A stretch of DNA of 63,097 nt, filler included, from Chiloscyllium plagiosum (GCF_004010195.1; 4 parts of one record of this genome joined end to end with filler, not necessarily neighbours in it), one strand, 5' to 3'. Positions 25,966 through 40,075 are shown, counted from the first letter of the whole stretch. Translations and numbers: made by a program. Notes: generated by a model not told the origin, from the sequence alone.

Positions 25966-27918
25966 ACCGTTATTATAATTATTAAAAAAGATTATTATCC
26001 TCAAGTCATTATCTCAGTAAAGCAGTTTGGGAACAGTGTGTGAGGTCCGCCCTAAATGGCGAAATAGAGGTTAAAATGGAAGAAACTGGTCGGATTTTGT
26101 TTGTGTACATTATGTCTCGACGACAAGAGAGCAACCATTTTGGTAAAGACAAATATGATATATCTGAATAATTGTAAATTGGAATTGAATGGGTACAAGA
26201 TTTATGTTGGTGCGAAAGTCAGAGAAATCGGCAGACTCAGGAAGGAGGTTTTACATGCGTTCCGAATTAATTTCTAAATCCTCTTCAACGCAGGACAACA
26301 GTTAGAGGAGTGAAGGAGTGAAAATGTTTGAGCAGAAAATAACAAGTTTAGGAGTGACAAAGGAACACTTGTTTTTATAAATTAATGCTTGCAAATAATA
26401 ATAACTGAATTTTTAGGTTTCTTTCCCTATTCCAGGAAATTGCTCTTGAATTATGAACACGGTCAGTGCTTTTTTTTTGTCAAAGTGTGGTTCTTCAAAC
26501 TGCATACAGTAATCCAGCTGAACCCTAATTAATGAATTTTGGGAGCGACAAAAGTATTGTTCTTCATTTTGCGTGTGGTAATTAATGTTAAAACTACTCT
26601 GCGGGTTTTGAAGGCTTTTAACATGAGTTGCTGCGTACTTTTTTGCATAATCTGCACAATTGAAAAGAGAGTTTAACTTCTAACATAACTGTTTTAAAAC
26701 GGCACTGTTCTGATCATACAATTTGAACTCATGAATTGTTGTTGTCCACAACGACTTTTTGTAAACACTCACCCCCACCAAATGTTTTCTCAGACAGTAT
26801 TCAGCCAATGAGAGATGAGGGAAATCAAGCTTCTGTAGTATTGTCGAAACTGTATCCATTTAGGCAAATGGAAGTATTCCGAGACAGTTGAGAATTTGGC
26901 CTTGTAGCCGGCGGAGGGAATCCAAGATGTAACTTACTAGCCACAGCTTTCCTATCTTCTGATCTGTTGTTCCAGCCATTCTATTTATATCGTGCATCCT
27001 GTTGCATTTGTGGTCAATGGTAACATCTAAGCGGTTGATCGTGGGAGATTCAGTGATGTTACCGTTATTATAATTATTAGAATGATTATTATCCTCAAGT
27101 CATTATCTCAGTAAAGCAGTTTGGGAACAATGTGTGAGGTCCACCCTAAATGGTGAAATAGAGGTTAAAATGGAAGAAACTGGTCGGATTTTGTTTGTGT
27201 ACATTATATCTCGACGACAAGAGAGCAACCATTTTGGTAAAGACAAATATGATATATCTGAATAATTGTAAATTGGAATTGAATGGGTACAAGATTTGTG
27301 TTGGTGCGAAAGTCGGAGAAATCTGCAGACTCAGTAAGGAGATGTTTACATGCGTTCCGAATTAATTTCTAAATCTTCTTCAACGCAGGACAACAGTTAG
27401 AGGAGTGAAGGAGTGAAAATGTTTGAGCAGAAAATAACAAGTTTAGGAGTGACAAAGGAACACTTTCTTTTTTATAAATTAATGCTTGCAAATAATCATA
27501 ACTGATTTCTTAGGTTTCTTTCCCTATTCTAGGAAATTGCTCTTGAATTATGAACACGGTCAGTTTTTTTTTTGTCAAAGTGTGGTTCTTCAAACTGCAT
27601 ACAATAATCCAGCTGAACCCTAATTAATGAATTTTGGGAGCGACAAAAATATTGTTCTTCATTTTGCGTGTGGTAATTAATGTTAAAACTACTCTGCGGG
27701 TTTTGAAGGCTTTTAACATGAGTTGCTGCGTACTTATTGCATAATCTGCACAATTGAAAAGAGAGTTTAACTTCTAACATAACTGTTTTAAAACGGCACT
27801 GTTCTGATCATACAATTTGAACTCATGAATTGTTGTTGTCCACAACGACTTTTTGTAAACATTCACCCCCACCAATTGTTTTCTCAGACAGTATTCAGCC
27901 AATGAGAGATGAGGGAAA
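25732..27918 (+). repeat. Tandem duplication, ~1096-bp unit (25732-26824 / 26828-27918)
   Basis: Both copies start AGCTTCTGTAGTATTGTCGAA and end CAGCCAATGAGAGATGAGGGAAA, with scattered SNPs and indels. Confidence 0.95.
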
Positions 27919-28986
27919 ATTCCATCCCCCAGATGATCAAAGTTTGGAAGACAGTGCATTTCTTGTCTTCGTAAATTTTGGTCCCTGCCAATGAGTCAAT
28001 GGACCGTACAAAAGCTGTTTCAATTGTGACACCTGATCCTCATCCTTTCCTGCAGGAGACAGATTTCTGACCTTGGCAATATTGTCTCAGGATGGTAGAT
28101 TGTTTATTTTCTGGTGTTTAATGCCAAATTGTTTTGAGGTATAATGCTGTTTAAGCTGGTAAAATCAGAGTATTCAAAATCACTACCGACTGTGTTTTCG
28201 ATATGTCCAATAGCAGTACGGGACTGAACAGGTGGTGCATTCATCACAGGATAAATTGCCTCTAATCTGGATTTTCAGCCGCAAGATTTACATAATACTC
28301 GTCTACTTCAGTCTGCGCATTATGTCAACCTGATTCTTTTAGATTGCAGATATCTCAGCTTTTGTAATTTCAGTGATATTTACGGGAAATGTTCGTTTTT
28401 CTGCCTAATAATTTGGAATCTGTGTGTTACTCACCAGCTTTCAAGTCAAGCCTGGATAATGGGCAGATCGGATTTTCATAGGAACTACTAAACTTTCGTT
28501 TCCTAGGAGTTGCAAAAACATGTTCTCTATTACTTCGGAAGTAGTCTAAAACTCAATTTGCTGCAAGACATGCCCGACGAAAACAAAATTTTGCTGCACT
28601 GAATCATTCAAACATATCTCAAGTCAGATAACAAGTTGCTGTTTACCTTTTCTTAATCTGACCGAAATTGGCAACCTCAAATTTTCCAATGTGATTTTCC
28701 ATCATGCTAAGTATTTTACACTTTAATCTAACTTTCCCGCATCAAATTTCATACATATTCAGAACTTCTCCCATTCTGAAAAGGGACTGTAAAATTATTA
28801 GGCTATATATGTTTCAAACATCGACACTGGAATTTCCATTGCACAATTCTATATAAACGTTTCATGCGAGAACCTAACGACGGTGGACAGAAGAACAGAT
28901 TCATTGCAAAACTCTTTAACCCCGTGTTATTTGCAGTTTTACAATCGGACACACACCAAAATGGCCAGAGTCACTGCTTTCTGCTG

Positions 28987-31900
28987 CTTAGCGAAGGCTC
29001 GATTCAATTAAATGTATTCCACTCAAATCCATCTGCATGAATTCAGTTTGTTTTTGCTACTTTTCCGAAGGCTTCTTGACGTCCACGTGCTACACATTCA
29101 GCATACGCATTATCCACATTGGTTGACCTATTTTCTCAGAACTGTAGCGAATTGAAAAAGTATGTGTGCTATTTTTGAGCCGATATTATCCATATTATTT
29201 ATGAATATTTTAAAAATCCATGAGCTGTTCCTGAATCTTCTGTCCTTTGTGCACGCTTTATATCGGTGTAGACTTCATCTCTTTTTAGTTTCTGATTTGG
29301 TCACGAACACTCATCGCAGAACGTGGAAAGATTTGATAGAAATCCAAAGTATTAACTGCATCTTTATGCAACAGTATTTATTTCACGTAATGTTTTACAA
29401 ATGATTTGCACAACTTTGCACTGGATAACTTGTATGATCGCTGCTGCTGCTTCTGCCAGCAGTACTTTATGGCTTGGTTCCAAAAGTAGAGTGAGACGGG
29501 TTAAGATACTAACTGCTGCTATTGATTAAAATGCTAATGCGTAGTCCGGCCCACAGCCTTCCATTAAATTCACTTATGTGTTGATAGATCTGTTCTAAAA
29601 CTATCCAATCCTCACAGCGATCGTACTACATGGTATGAAGCAGCGCCTCCGGAGCGTGGAGGCTGGACATCTGCTTTTCCAGACGATGTGGTTTGTTCTC
29701 TTATTTTTATAAAGGTGTAGGAGTGTTCTATACCTTTAAGAGAAAACGAAAGCTGGAAAGGGTGTGAAAAGCACAGTGCTGAGAAATCGAAAAATACAAC
29801 ATTTGTTTTTGAAGGACACTGGTAAAAGATGTTGTCACTACCAGAAGTTTGGGTATGTAAAGTTACAGTGTTGTTTGCTGGAGAAAGACAACGTGGGAAA
29901 ATATGTAGTAAAAGGAGCAAAGCCAATGGCATCAGGAAAAGCAGCAAAGGAACTCCAACAAAAGTCAAGGAGATGCTGGGGCGTGCACTGCTTAGGCCGG
30001 GACAGGGAATGATGATAGTGCATGATCTCTGGACATAATTCGTATCTATGGGTAACGTTTATACAGAAGCAATAGGGAAGAAGAGCAACAGTTATCATTT
30101 TGAGAAATACCAGTCTCTAATCGCAAGAGCTGAACGAATTTGCATTATTTCTGATCTGTTTCCGAGACGGTGGTAATTTGTAGGATAGATGGACCTAAAT
30201 TTAGGGTTCCCCTCGGTAAGATCAGGTTGGAGTGCCAATTCAAGTCTGATGAGGTAACAAGGGGAGTTATTGAGAGTATCAAATCCAAGAATCCTGTTTG
30301 TTCTTGGAAATTAGTTCACAGGACCAAGGTTGGAGTGACACCCACCTCCCTTGTTGTACAGAAGCCTAAGAAAGACAAAAATAAACAAGTAGTTAAAAGA
30401 AACCTTACTATTTTCCCCGATTGTGGAGTAACTATCATAAGTCAAGCTGGAAGCAAGAACTAAAGAGAAATGTGAAGGCGTTGTGGTTCAATTAGTGGGT
30501 CCCCCTGTTTACGTAATGATGTGAAAAAAACCCTGAAAAGACTGAGCGTGGGCCAGAAGTGTTTAGTCCTGAAAGGCGAATGGATTTGCAACAGATTGAT
30601 GAGAAAGTAAAGTCAGCATATGTTGATCCGTACTCTGCAAATGAGGCAGAGAATATTCCAGAGAGTTATTAACTGTAAGATAGAACCCTAAGACGAAAGT
30701 GAAGACCACAGAAAGTTAGTGCAGCGGAGAAATGGGCCGAAGTGCACTAGATTGTGTTGCCGGGTACACACAGTCAGGGTGCGTTACAAGTATCAAATTA
30801 ACAACTCTAGAAGGTCAATTTGGTGTATGGAATTCTCGGGGTAAGGTATAAAACACACTTCCATTGGCTTCGAATGCACATAGAGAGGTTAACTTCTGAC
30901 ATGCCTGTCATACATGTGAATTCATCCTTAGGCCACAAGCGTTAGGAAAATCAGCACATTTGTTGCCAGTTCCCTCATTCGAAGACCTTTCACACGAATG
31001 ATAATTGATGGAATAGGTCCGCTTCCGTGACGTTAAAGTGGGAATCAATGTGTTTAAAAGATTTCTGGAGGCAATTCCAATGCGGCGTATTAAGGCCTTA
31101 GCGAAGGCTCGATTCAATTAAATGTATTCCACTCAAATCCATCTGCATGAATTCAGTTTGTTTTTGCTACTTTTCCGAAGGCTTCTTGACGTCCACGTGC
31201 TACACATTCAGCATACGCATTATCCACATTGGTTGATCTATTTTCTCAGAACTGTAGCGAATTGAAAAAGTATGTGTGCTATTTTTGAGGCGATATTTTC
31301 CATATTATTTATGAATATTTTAAAAATCCATGAACTCATCCTGAATCTTCTGTCCTTTGTGCACGCTTTATATCGGTGTAGACTTCATCTCTTTTTAGTT
31401 TCTGATTTGGTCACGAACACTCATCGCAGAACGTGGAAAGATTTGATAGAAATCCAAAGTATTAATTGCATCTTTGTTCAACAGTATTTATTTCACGTAA
31501 TGTTTTACAAATGATTTGCACAACTTTGCACTGGATGACTTGTATGATCGCTGCTGCTTCTGCCAGCAGTACTTTATGGCTTGGTTCCAAAAGTAGAGTG
31601 AGACGGGTTAAGATACTAACTGCTGTTATTGATTAAAATGCTAATGCGTATTCCGGCCCACAGCCTTCCATTAAATTCACTTATGTGTTGATAGATCTGT
31701 TCAAACACTATCCAATCCTCACAGCGATCGTACTACATGGTATGAAGCAGCGCCTCCGGAGCGTGGAGGCTGGACATCTGCTTTTCCAGACGATGTGGTT
31801 TGTTCTCTTATTTTTATAAAGGTGTAGGAATGTTCTATACCTTTAAGAGAAAACGAAAACTGGAAAGGACGTGTAAAGCGCAGTGCTGAGAAATCGAAAA

Positions 31901-33205
31901 ATACAACATTTGTTTTTGAAGGACACTGGTAAAAGATGTTGTCACTACCAGAAGTTTGGGCATGTAAAGTTACAGTGTTGTTTGCTGGAGAAAGACAACG
32001 TGGGAAAATATGTAGTAAAAGGAGCTAAGCCAATGGCATCAGGAAAAGCAGCAAAGGAACTCCAACAAAAGTCAAGGAGATGCTGGGGCGTGCACTGCTT
32101 AGGCCGGGGCAGGGAATGATGATAGTGCATGATCTCTGGAAATAATTCGTATCTTTGGGTAACGTTTATACAGAAGAAATAGGGAAGAAGAGCAACAGTT
32201 ATCATTTTGAGAAATACCAGTCTCTAATCGCAAGAGCTGAACGAATTTGCATTATGTCTGATCTGTTTCCGAGACGGTGGTAATTTGTAGGATAGATGGA
32301 CCTAAATTTAGGGTTCCCCTCGGTAAGATCAGGTTGGAGTGCCAATTCAAGTCTGATGAGGTAACAAGGGGAGTGATTGTGAGTATCAAATCCAAGAATC
32401 CTGTTTGTTCTTGGAAATTAGTTCACAGGACCAAGGTTGGAGTGACACCCCACCTCCCTTGTTGTACAGAAGCCTAAGAAAGACAAAAATAAACAAGTAG
32501 TTAAAAGAAACCTTACTATTTTCCCCGATTGTGGAGGAACTATCATAAGTCAAACTGGAAGCAAGAACTAAAGAGAAATGTGAAGGCGTTGTGGTTCAAT
32601 TAGTGGGTCCCCCTGTTTACGTAATGATGTGAAAAAAACCCTGAAAAGACTGAGCGTGGGCCAGAAGTGTTTAGTCCTGAAAGGCGAATGGATTTGCAAC
32701 AGATTGATGAGAAAGTAAAGTCAGCATATGTTGATCCGTACTCTGCAAATGAGGCAGAGAATATTCCAGAGAGTTAGTAACTGTAAGATAGAACCTTAAG
32801 ACGAAAATGAAGACCACAGAAAGTTAGTGCAGCGGAGAAATAGGCCGAAGTGCACTAGATTGTGTTGCTGGGTACACACAGTCAGGGTGCTTTACAAGTA
32901 TCAAATTAACTAACTCTAGAAGGTCAATTTGGTGTATGGAATTCTCGGGGTAAGGTATAAAACACACTTCCATTGGCTTCGAATGCACACAGAGAGGTTA
33001 ACGTCTGACATGCCTGTCATACATGTGAATTCATTCTTAGGCCACAAGCGTTAGGAAAATCAGCACATTTGTTGCCAGTTCCCTCATTCGAAGACTTTTC
33101 ACACGAATGATAATTGATGGAATAGGTCCGCTTCCGTGACGTTAAAGTGGAAATCAATGTGTTTAAAAGATTTCTGGAGGCAATTCCAATGCGACCTATT
33201 AAGGC
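28987..33205 (+). repeat. Tandem duplication, ~2110-bp unit (28987-31096 / 31097-33205)
   Basis: Both copies start CTTAGCGAAGGCTCGATTCAATT and end CAATTCCAATGCG..TATTAAGGC; paired near-identical ORFs 29162/31272, 29838/31945 and 30170/32277. Confidence 0.96.
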
Positions 33206-36092
33206 AAAACGGGTGGTGGAGGAGTTAGTAGCATTCCTTATGCACTTGTCGTTATCCAGAGAGATTCGTTTCGAGCAAGGATCTAATTATACGGCTAAGC
33301 TGTTCAAGGAGGTCGTGGATAGCTTAAGTGCACAGCACCTTAATCAAGTGCGTGTCATCCTGAATTTCCAGGGAGCATTTGAAAAGTGGAACCTGATCCT
33401 GAATACCGTGTTGAGAGCATACTGTCAGGATTACAAGAATGTTTGGGTTAAATGCATTTGATTCGTACAGTTTGACATGAGAGTTTCCCCAAACGAATGC
33501 AGTCAGTTTACTCCACTCGTGTTAATATTTGGACATGAAGTGAGAGGTCATATGAAAATACTAAAGGAGAAATTGACAGAAGCAAAGTCGAAGATCGCAC
33601 ATTTAAATTATGTATCGAAGCTGAGGAAGAGTTTAAGTCCAGTAGATCGGGAAGCTAAACAGCCCCAAGGGAGGGCACTATATACAATAAAGCAGGTGCA
33701 GATCAAAAACCTGAGGTTCGGATGTTTCCCCGTTGTGTTAGCGCATTAATGTTGTAATCAGTGAACGGCGACCCCCTTCAAAGTCAGGTTTAGTAGTTCT
33801 CATCAGATTGAGAAATATGTTGCGTCAGGTGCATATTCTGGTAAAGATGCCACACAGGAAAAAAAGTGCGCAGTGTATGTCACGTCAATATGTTGAAATC
33901 ATATTATCAAGGGAGAAAGAATCTTAGTTACTGCCAGTACAGTAATGAATCAAATTCAGATATTGTGGAATTTGATGTGTATCAAAATATGTTAAACAAT
34001 GACAACTCCTTGAGGAGTGGGATAGGTTCATAAACTATCTGTCTCAGGGCAAAGAACTCAGTTAAAAGTGTTGTTACATCGGTATGTGAACACATACAGG
34101 TATAAGATGGGGAGGACTAATTTTATTGTACATGACTTAGATGTAGGGCATACTCTTCCAAGACAATCAAATCGCCTATTGCAATAAACTTTAAGAAAAT
34201 TCAGATAGGTTTAGAAGGAGGTAGAGGCGATGCTCAACAAAGATGTCATCGAACCGACCGAGTGCGATAGATTCAGTTATCAGACCTGATCAGACTCATC
34301 ATTTTGCGTGGATTATTGGAAGATAATCACAATAACAAAATCAGACTCATCCCCAAGTCCGAGATTGGAGGGCTGTATTAACAAAGTTGTAAAAAATGTT
34401 TACATCGCAAATTTGGATTTACTGCGTAGACTTTGGCAGGTAGCTTTCTAAGAGAAGTAGAAATACATTCCTGGGTTTGTAACTCCAAATGTGCGACATC
34501 AGTTGGAAGTGATACCCCTTGGAATGAAGAATGCACCCGCCACAATCCAAAGAAAACGTGAACATCGTTGTCGCTGGATTAAAAATCTGTGGCGATCTTT
34601 AGAGAGTCCTGAGAAGATCATATGATAAAGTAGGAAGAGCTATTTTACCAATTAAGATAAACAAGACTGGTAGTAAACCTGAAGAAAATTGAAGTCGTGA
34701 AAGAAGAGATGCGGTTTCTGGGACATTACATCGGTCATGGAAGGTTGACCACAAGGAACGCAAAGACGAATGCCTTTCATAATTCCCTCGAACAACTTAG
34801 AAGAAAGAGATATTCTGATGTTTGGGAATAAGCGAATTCTATCGGAAGTTTGTTACAACCTTCAGCGGTGTAGTAGTACTGTTAAAAGATTTGATTGGAA
34901 GAATAATCTCAGGAGGCGTTTGACATTTTACAGATAATATTAATCACTGCCCCCGATTCAGATACAGCAAACATTCTGAACTCCTTCAAACTTGCCAGCG
35001 ATGCTCGTGACATGACAGTCGGAACTGTACTGCTATAGGAAGATTATGATGGAATTGAACTTCACGTTGCTGACGTTTCACAGGAACTCTAGGGAACAGT
35101 GGTGCACACGGATCACAACGCACTTACATTCTTTAAAGTCAATAATATGAGACTATTTCTTTGGAAAAATATGATGAAGAATAATAATTTACATATCGTA
35201 CATGTCATAAGTGTGTAATCGCAGACGCATTATCTTGGATTTAACTGAGAAAGTATAGATGATTTTGTTTTCATCTATCCAAGGTTTTATATGTATGTGG
35301 GAACAGATTAATATGAATTTAGATTATAGTCTTATGCATTCCATGATAATGCGGTTCAGAAATATAAAAAATAATCCATCTTTTCATTACAATGAGTCAT
35401 TATTTTCCTAAAGAGGAGGTGTTATGAAGGTGCATTTGTGTAGCCTACACTTAAGACAGGGAGGAAGCTAGCATGTGTTGAAAAAATACATTTGGGTGTG
35501 AAACAAATACCTGAGTTGAGTTGCTAACGTACACAACAAAGTTGAATTCGACCAATCAGTATAAACTACGCACTAATATATCAAAATTCAATCGAATTTG
35601 AATTTTACAGCTTTGACATCAAACAAAGAGACGATCCGATGTTTTGGGGTCTAAAAATTGGGCATTTTGAACATTTAGCCAGAGTGGCAAAGAGCACCAA
35701 AAAAGAGACTGCCTGCAGAGATGCACTCTGAAATGTTCATTTTCATGTGAAGTTTGTGCAGCAGAAGACTGAAGAAAAGACGACTCAGAAAAATCTACAG
35801 AGGATAATGCAACACCAAGAGCTGTCTGGTATTGAAATGTGGATTAAAAAAACAAATATCGGAGGCTTTTTTCAGATCAGTATATTAGACAAGTCAATCA
35901 GACAAAATCGGAATACAATGCAGAGTGTTGTTTATTTAATGGTGTATTTATTTTCTTCGAGTTAAAGATTTTTTTAAAATACTGGGATTTAGTAGTTCTT
36001 TGTCAATCTTACTTTTACACATTACATGCTGAAGTGAGCTTTCCTCAATGTCTGGATTAAATTAGCAGAATGGTTTACCCTGTGTCTTAACA
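29705..36092 (+). mobile_element. Gmr1-clade Ty3/Gypsy LTR retrotransposon relic (gag-PR-IN-RT-RH order)
   Basis: Zinc knuckle (CCHYQKFGHVKLQC); protease remnant (VIILRNT); IN zinc finger (...HFHW...CHTC); IN core 33150-33560 (EAIPMR..KAKRVVEEL..QGSNYTAKLF..QGAFEKW); RT 34100-34800 (FCVDYWK, LDLLRRLWQV, PLGMKNAPAT, FLGHYIG); RNase H 34980-35240 (FKLASDA..VGTVLL, HTDHNAL, ADALS). Confidence 0.88.
35420..36092 (+). repeat. 3' LTR (TGTTA...TAACA), preceded by a polypurine tract at 35410-35419
   Basis: AAAGAGGAGG immediately before TGTTATGAAGG; ends TCTTAACA; 5-bp terminal inverted repeat. Confidence 0.85.
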
Positions 36093-39000
36093 TTATAGTG
36101 ACAGTGATGGAGTGAGAATGGGATATCACGGTTACAGGGATGCAGTGAGTGTGAGGCGTTCAACCTGACGGAGTGGGAGAGAATATGGCGGGGTCAGGGT
36201 TGAGATGTTGGAGTGAGTATGAGGAGGTCAGGATGATGGTGATGGAATGAGTGTCGGTGGTCAGGCTGATGGTGGCGGAGTGAGTATTTAGGAATAGTGG
36301 TATTTCATGGAGTGACTGTAAGGGCGTCAGTGTGACAGTAACGGAGGGAGTGCGTGGGGTTAGTGTGCCTTGTAGAGTGAGTGCGAGGGGGCAGGATGTC
36401 GGTGATGCAGTGAGTGTAAGGGGGCCAGCGTAACGGTGACGAGTGAGGGGGTCAGAGTGACAGTGACATCAACAGCATAAGGGAGCAGGGTGACGATCAT
36501 GGAGTGTGTGTGAGTTGTCAGGGAGACAGTGAGGGAATGAGTGTGAGGGGGACAGGATGATGGTAAATGAATGAGTTTGAGGCGTTCATGCTGATGGCGA
36601 TGTAGTGCGTGTGAGGGGGTCGGGTTGACAGTGATGAGTGTCTGGATGAAAGTGACGGAATGAATGTGAGGAGTCAGGGCGACTGAAGGAATGACTGTGA
36701 TGCCCTTATGGTGATGAAGTGAGTTTGAGGGAGTCAGTGTCGTTGTAGCGGAGTACATGTGAGGTGACAGGTTAATAGAGAAGGAGTGAGTGAGAGGTTG
36801 TGAGAGTGATGGTGACAGAGTGAGTGTGGGAGATTCAGGGTAACAGAGAAGTAGTGAGTGTAAGGTGGTAAATGGCAACAAAAGAGGAGTGCGACTGTGG
36901 CGTCAGGGTGGCAGTGAAGGGGTTAGTGTGAGGGTGTCCAAGTCACGGACATACACGTAGCATGAGGGCTTCGCCGTAATGCTGACAGGGTGAGGCGAGG
37001 GTGGCAGGGCGACAGTGATGGTGTGAGTGCGAGGGGGACAAGGTATCAGTAAAATAATGATTACGAGTGGGTAACAGCGAGGGGATCTTGGATGGTGGTG
37101 ATGGAGTGAGGATGCAGCGGTCAGGGAAACGGTGATGGTTTGGAAGTGAGAGGGTAAAAGTGACAGTGTGTGGCTGTAGGGGAAGAGGGTGACGATGATA
37201 GAGTATGTACGGAGAGGTGAGAGTGAGTTTGACTGAGTGAGTGTGAGGGGATCAGGGTGGCTGTGACGGAGTAGGTTTGGCAGCGTGAGGATGACGTTGT
37301 TGAATGATAGTGAGACAGTCACGGTGACGTCAAGTGAGTGAGTGCGAGTGCAACACTGTAAAAGTGATTAGAGTGAATGTTAGGGCGTCAGGATGACAAA
37401 GCTGGAGAGAGTGAGGGGGTCGGGATGACAGTGACAGAGTGAGTCTGAGAGGTAAATTGACAGAGGGAGAAGTTGTCTGACTGCATAAGGGTAACGGTGA
37501 CACAGTGAGAGTGAGGGGGCCAGGGTGGCTGTGCCAGAAAGAGTATGAGTTGATCACGGTGATTATAACAGACTAGCGTGAGGAGGTCAGCGTGACTGTG
37601 ATGGAATAAGTTTAATGAGATAAAGATTAACAGCGGGCAGTGCGTGTGAGAGATACAAGGCAACAGTGGTGGGTTCAGTGTGCGTGGGACCGGCTAATGG
37701 TGACAAAGTGTGTTTGATGCTTTCAGACTGATATTGATGGAGTGAGTGCAATGGGGTCAGTGTAATTCTGACAGAGTGGCTGTGTGGTGTGTCAATGTGT
37801 TCGTAATAGAGTGAGTGGGAGGGAAACAGGGGGCATTTATGCAATGATTATGAAAGGAGGGTACTGGTGATAGAGTGAGTGTGAGGTGTCAGGGTGTCTG
37901 ATGGAGTGAGTTTCAGGGGTTCAGGTTGACATTGGTAGAGCGAACGCGAGGTGTTCAGACTGCTGGTAACAGAGTGAGTGTGATGGCGCAAAGGTTGACA
38001 GTAGGGGAGTGCGTGTAACGGCTCAGGTTCATTTTGAATGATTGAGTATGAGGTGGCTCAGGTTGACGGTGATGAAATGAATATGAGTGGGTTAGGGTGT
38101 CAGTGAAGGTGAGTTTACGAGGGCAACAGGGTGATTGGATGGTGTGAGTGTTAGTGGGTGAGTGAGTGTGAAACTGTCTGTGTGATCATAATGGTGTGAG
38201 TGCGAGAAGGTCAGGGGGATGGTGAGTGAGAGAGTGTGAAGGCATCAGGTTTATGGTGAGAGAGTGATTGTGAGGAGAACAGGTTGACGGTGACAGGGAA
38301 AATGTGAGGTTGTCAGGGTGCCAGTGATGGAGTGAGTGCAACTGGGTCCAGGGGAAGGTGACAAGGCGTGTATGATGGAGGGTAAGGTGATGGTGACAGA
38401 GTAAGTTTGAGGAGGTCTGGGTGATTGCATGGACTGAGTGTGAGATGGTCTGGGCAACAGTAAAGGACTGAACGTGGGGGGTCAGGGTGAAGATGGCTGG
38501 GTGAGTGTGTGGTGGTTAGGGGGTAATGGGGGTGGAGTGACTGGGTGACCGTACTAGAAGTAATGTGAGTGCGTCACTGTTACAGAGATGGAGAGAGTGC
38601 AAGTATATCATGGTGACACATGAACGTTTGTGAGGTTTTCAGGGTGACAGTGAGGGAGTGAGTGTGAGTGGGTCAGGGTCACAGGGTGGTGCAGAGTGTG
38701 AAGGGGTTAGCGTGATGGTAATGGAGTGAGTGTGAGGCGCTCAATGTGACAGTGATGGAGGCAGTCTGGGTGATCAGTGTGACTGTGATAGCGTGAGTGT
38801 GAGGGGGTGTCAGGGTAACGGTGAGGTGTTCAGAATTTAGGCGATGGGGAGAGAGTGAAGGACTTCATGTGAAGGTGACGGGGTTCATGTGGGGACATCA
38901 ACGTGATGGTGGCCGAATGCGTGTTAGAGGATCAGGGAGACGGTGACGCAGTTAGTGTGAGGGTGTCCTTAAGACGATCATGAAGTAATTATGTAAGATC

Positions 39001-40039
39001 AGGGTAATGGTGACTTAGTGAATGCGAATTTTTAAGGGTGGCAGTGAGGACAGAGCGGGACAGGGTGAAGGGTGTAGTTTGCGTGCTAGGGATTCAGGTG
39101 GACAGTGATGAAGTAAATGTGATGGGATAAGAATTAGAGTGATAAACAATGAGGGGAACAGCGTGATGCTGACTGAGTGAGTGCGAAGTTTCTCAAGCAG
39201 AAACTGATTGGTGTGAGTGTAGCGCTGTGAGGCTGGTGTTGACAGAGTGAGTCTGAGAGGGTCAGGGTTTCATTGATGGTGTGAGTGCGAACTGGTCAAA
39301 ATGATGGTCACAGAGTGACTCTGAGGAGGTCAGTGTTGGTGCGGTGCAGTGAGTGTGTGGGTGAAAGGGTGGTTGTGTGGGATTCAGAGTGACTGACAGA
39401 GTTAGTGTGAGTAGGTAATTTTGATGGAGATGAAATGAATGTGATGAGTGTCAGTGAGAAGTTGATCGAGTGACTGTGGAGATCTGAGGCTAACATTGAT
39501 TGAGTGAGTGTGGGAGGTCTGGATGACGTTAAAGGAGTGACGGTAAGAGTGTCAGAGTGATGGTCACAGAGTGACTGTGAGGAGCTAAGAATGACAGTGG
39601 TGGAGTGAGTGTGAAGGCGTCAGGGTGATGGTGATGGTGTGATTGATGGGGGTTCAGGGTGACTGAGACAAAAGTACTGTGAGTGGTTCATTGTGACGGA
39701 GATTGAGTGAGTGTGAGGGGTGTCAGGGAAAAGTTGTTGGAGAGACTGTGGTGGGTGTTACTGACGTTGACGGGGTGAGTCTGAGGGGTCAGGCTGAAAT
39801 CAATGAAGTGAGTGTGAAGAGGTCAGGTTAATGGTCACAGAGTGACTGTGAGGTGATCAGAGTGACAGCGGTGGAGTAAGCGTGAGGGCTTCAGCGTGAT
39901 GGTCATGGAGTGATTGTGAGAGATTCAGGGCAACAGTGAAGGAGGGAGTGTCAGTCAAGATGACTTTGACGAGTATATCAGGTTGAAACTTTATTGCTGG
40001 AACAGCACAGCAGGTCAGGCAGCATCCAGGGAACAGGAG

Positions 40040-40075
40040 ATTCGACGTTTCGGGCACAGGCCCTTCTTCAGGAAT
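40040..40075 (-). ncRNA. Minimal type I hammerhead ribozyme motif (inverted copy)
   Basis: Exact reverse complement of 40291-40326. Confidence 0.8.
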
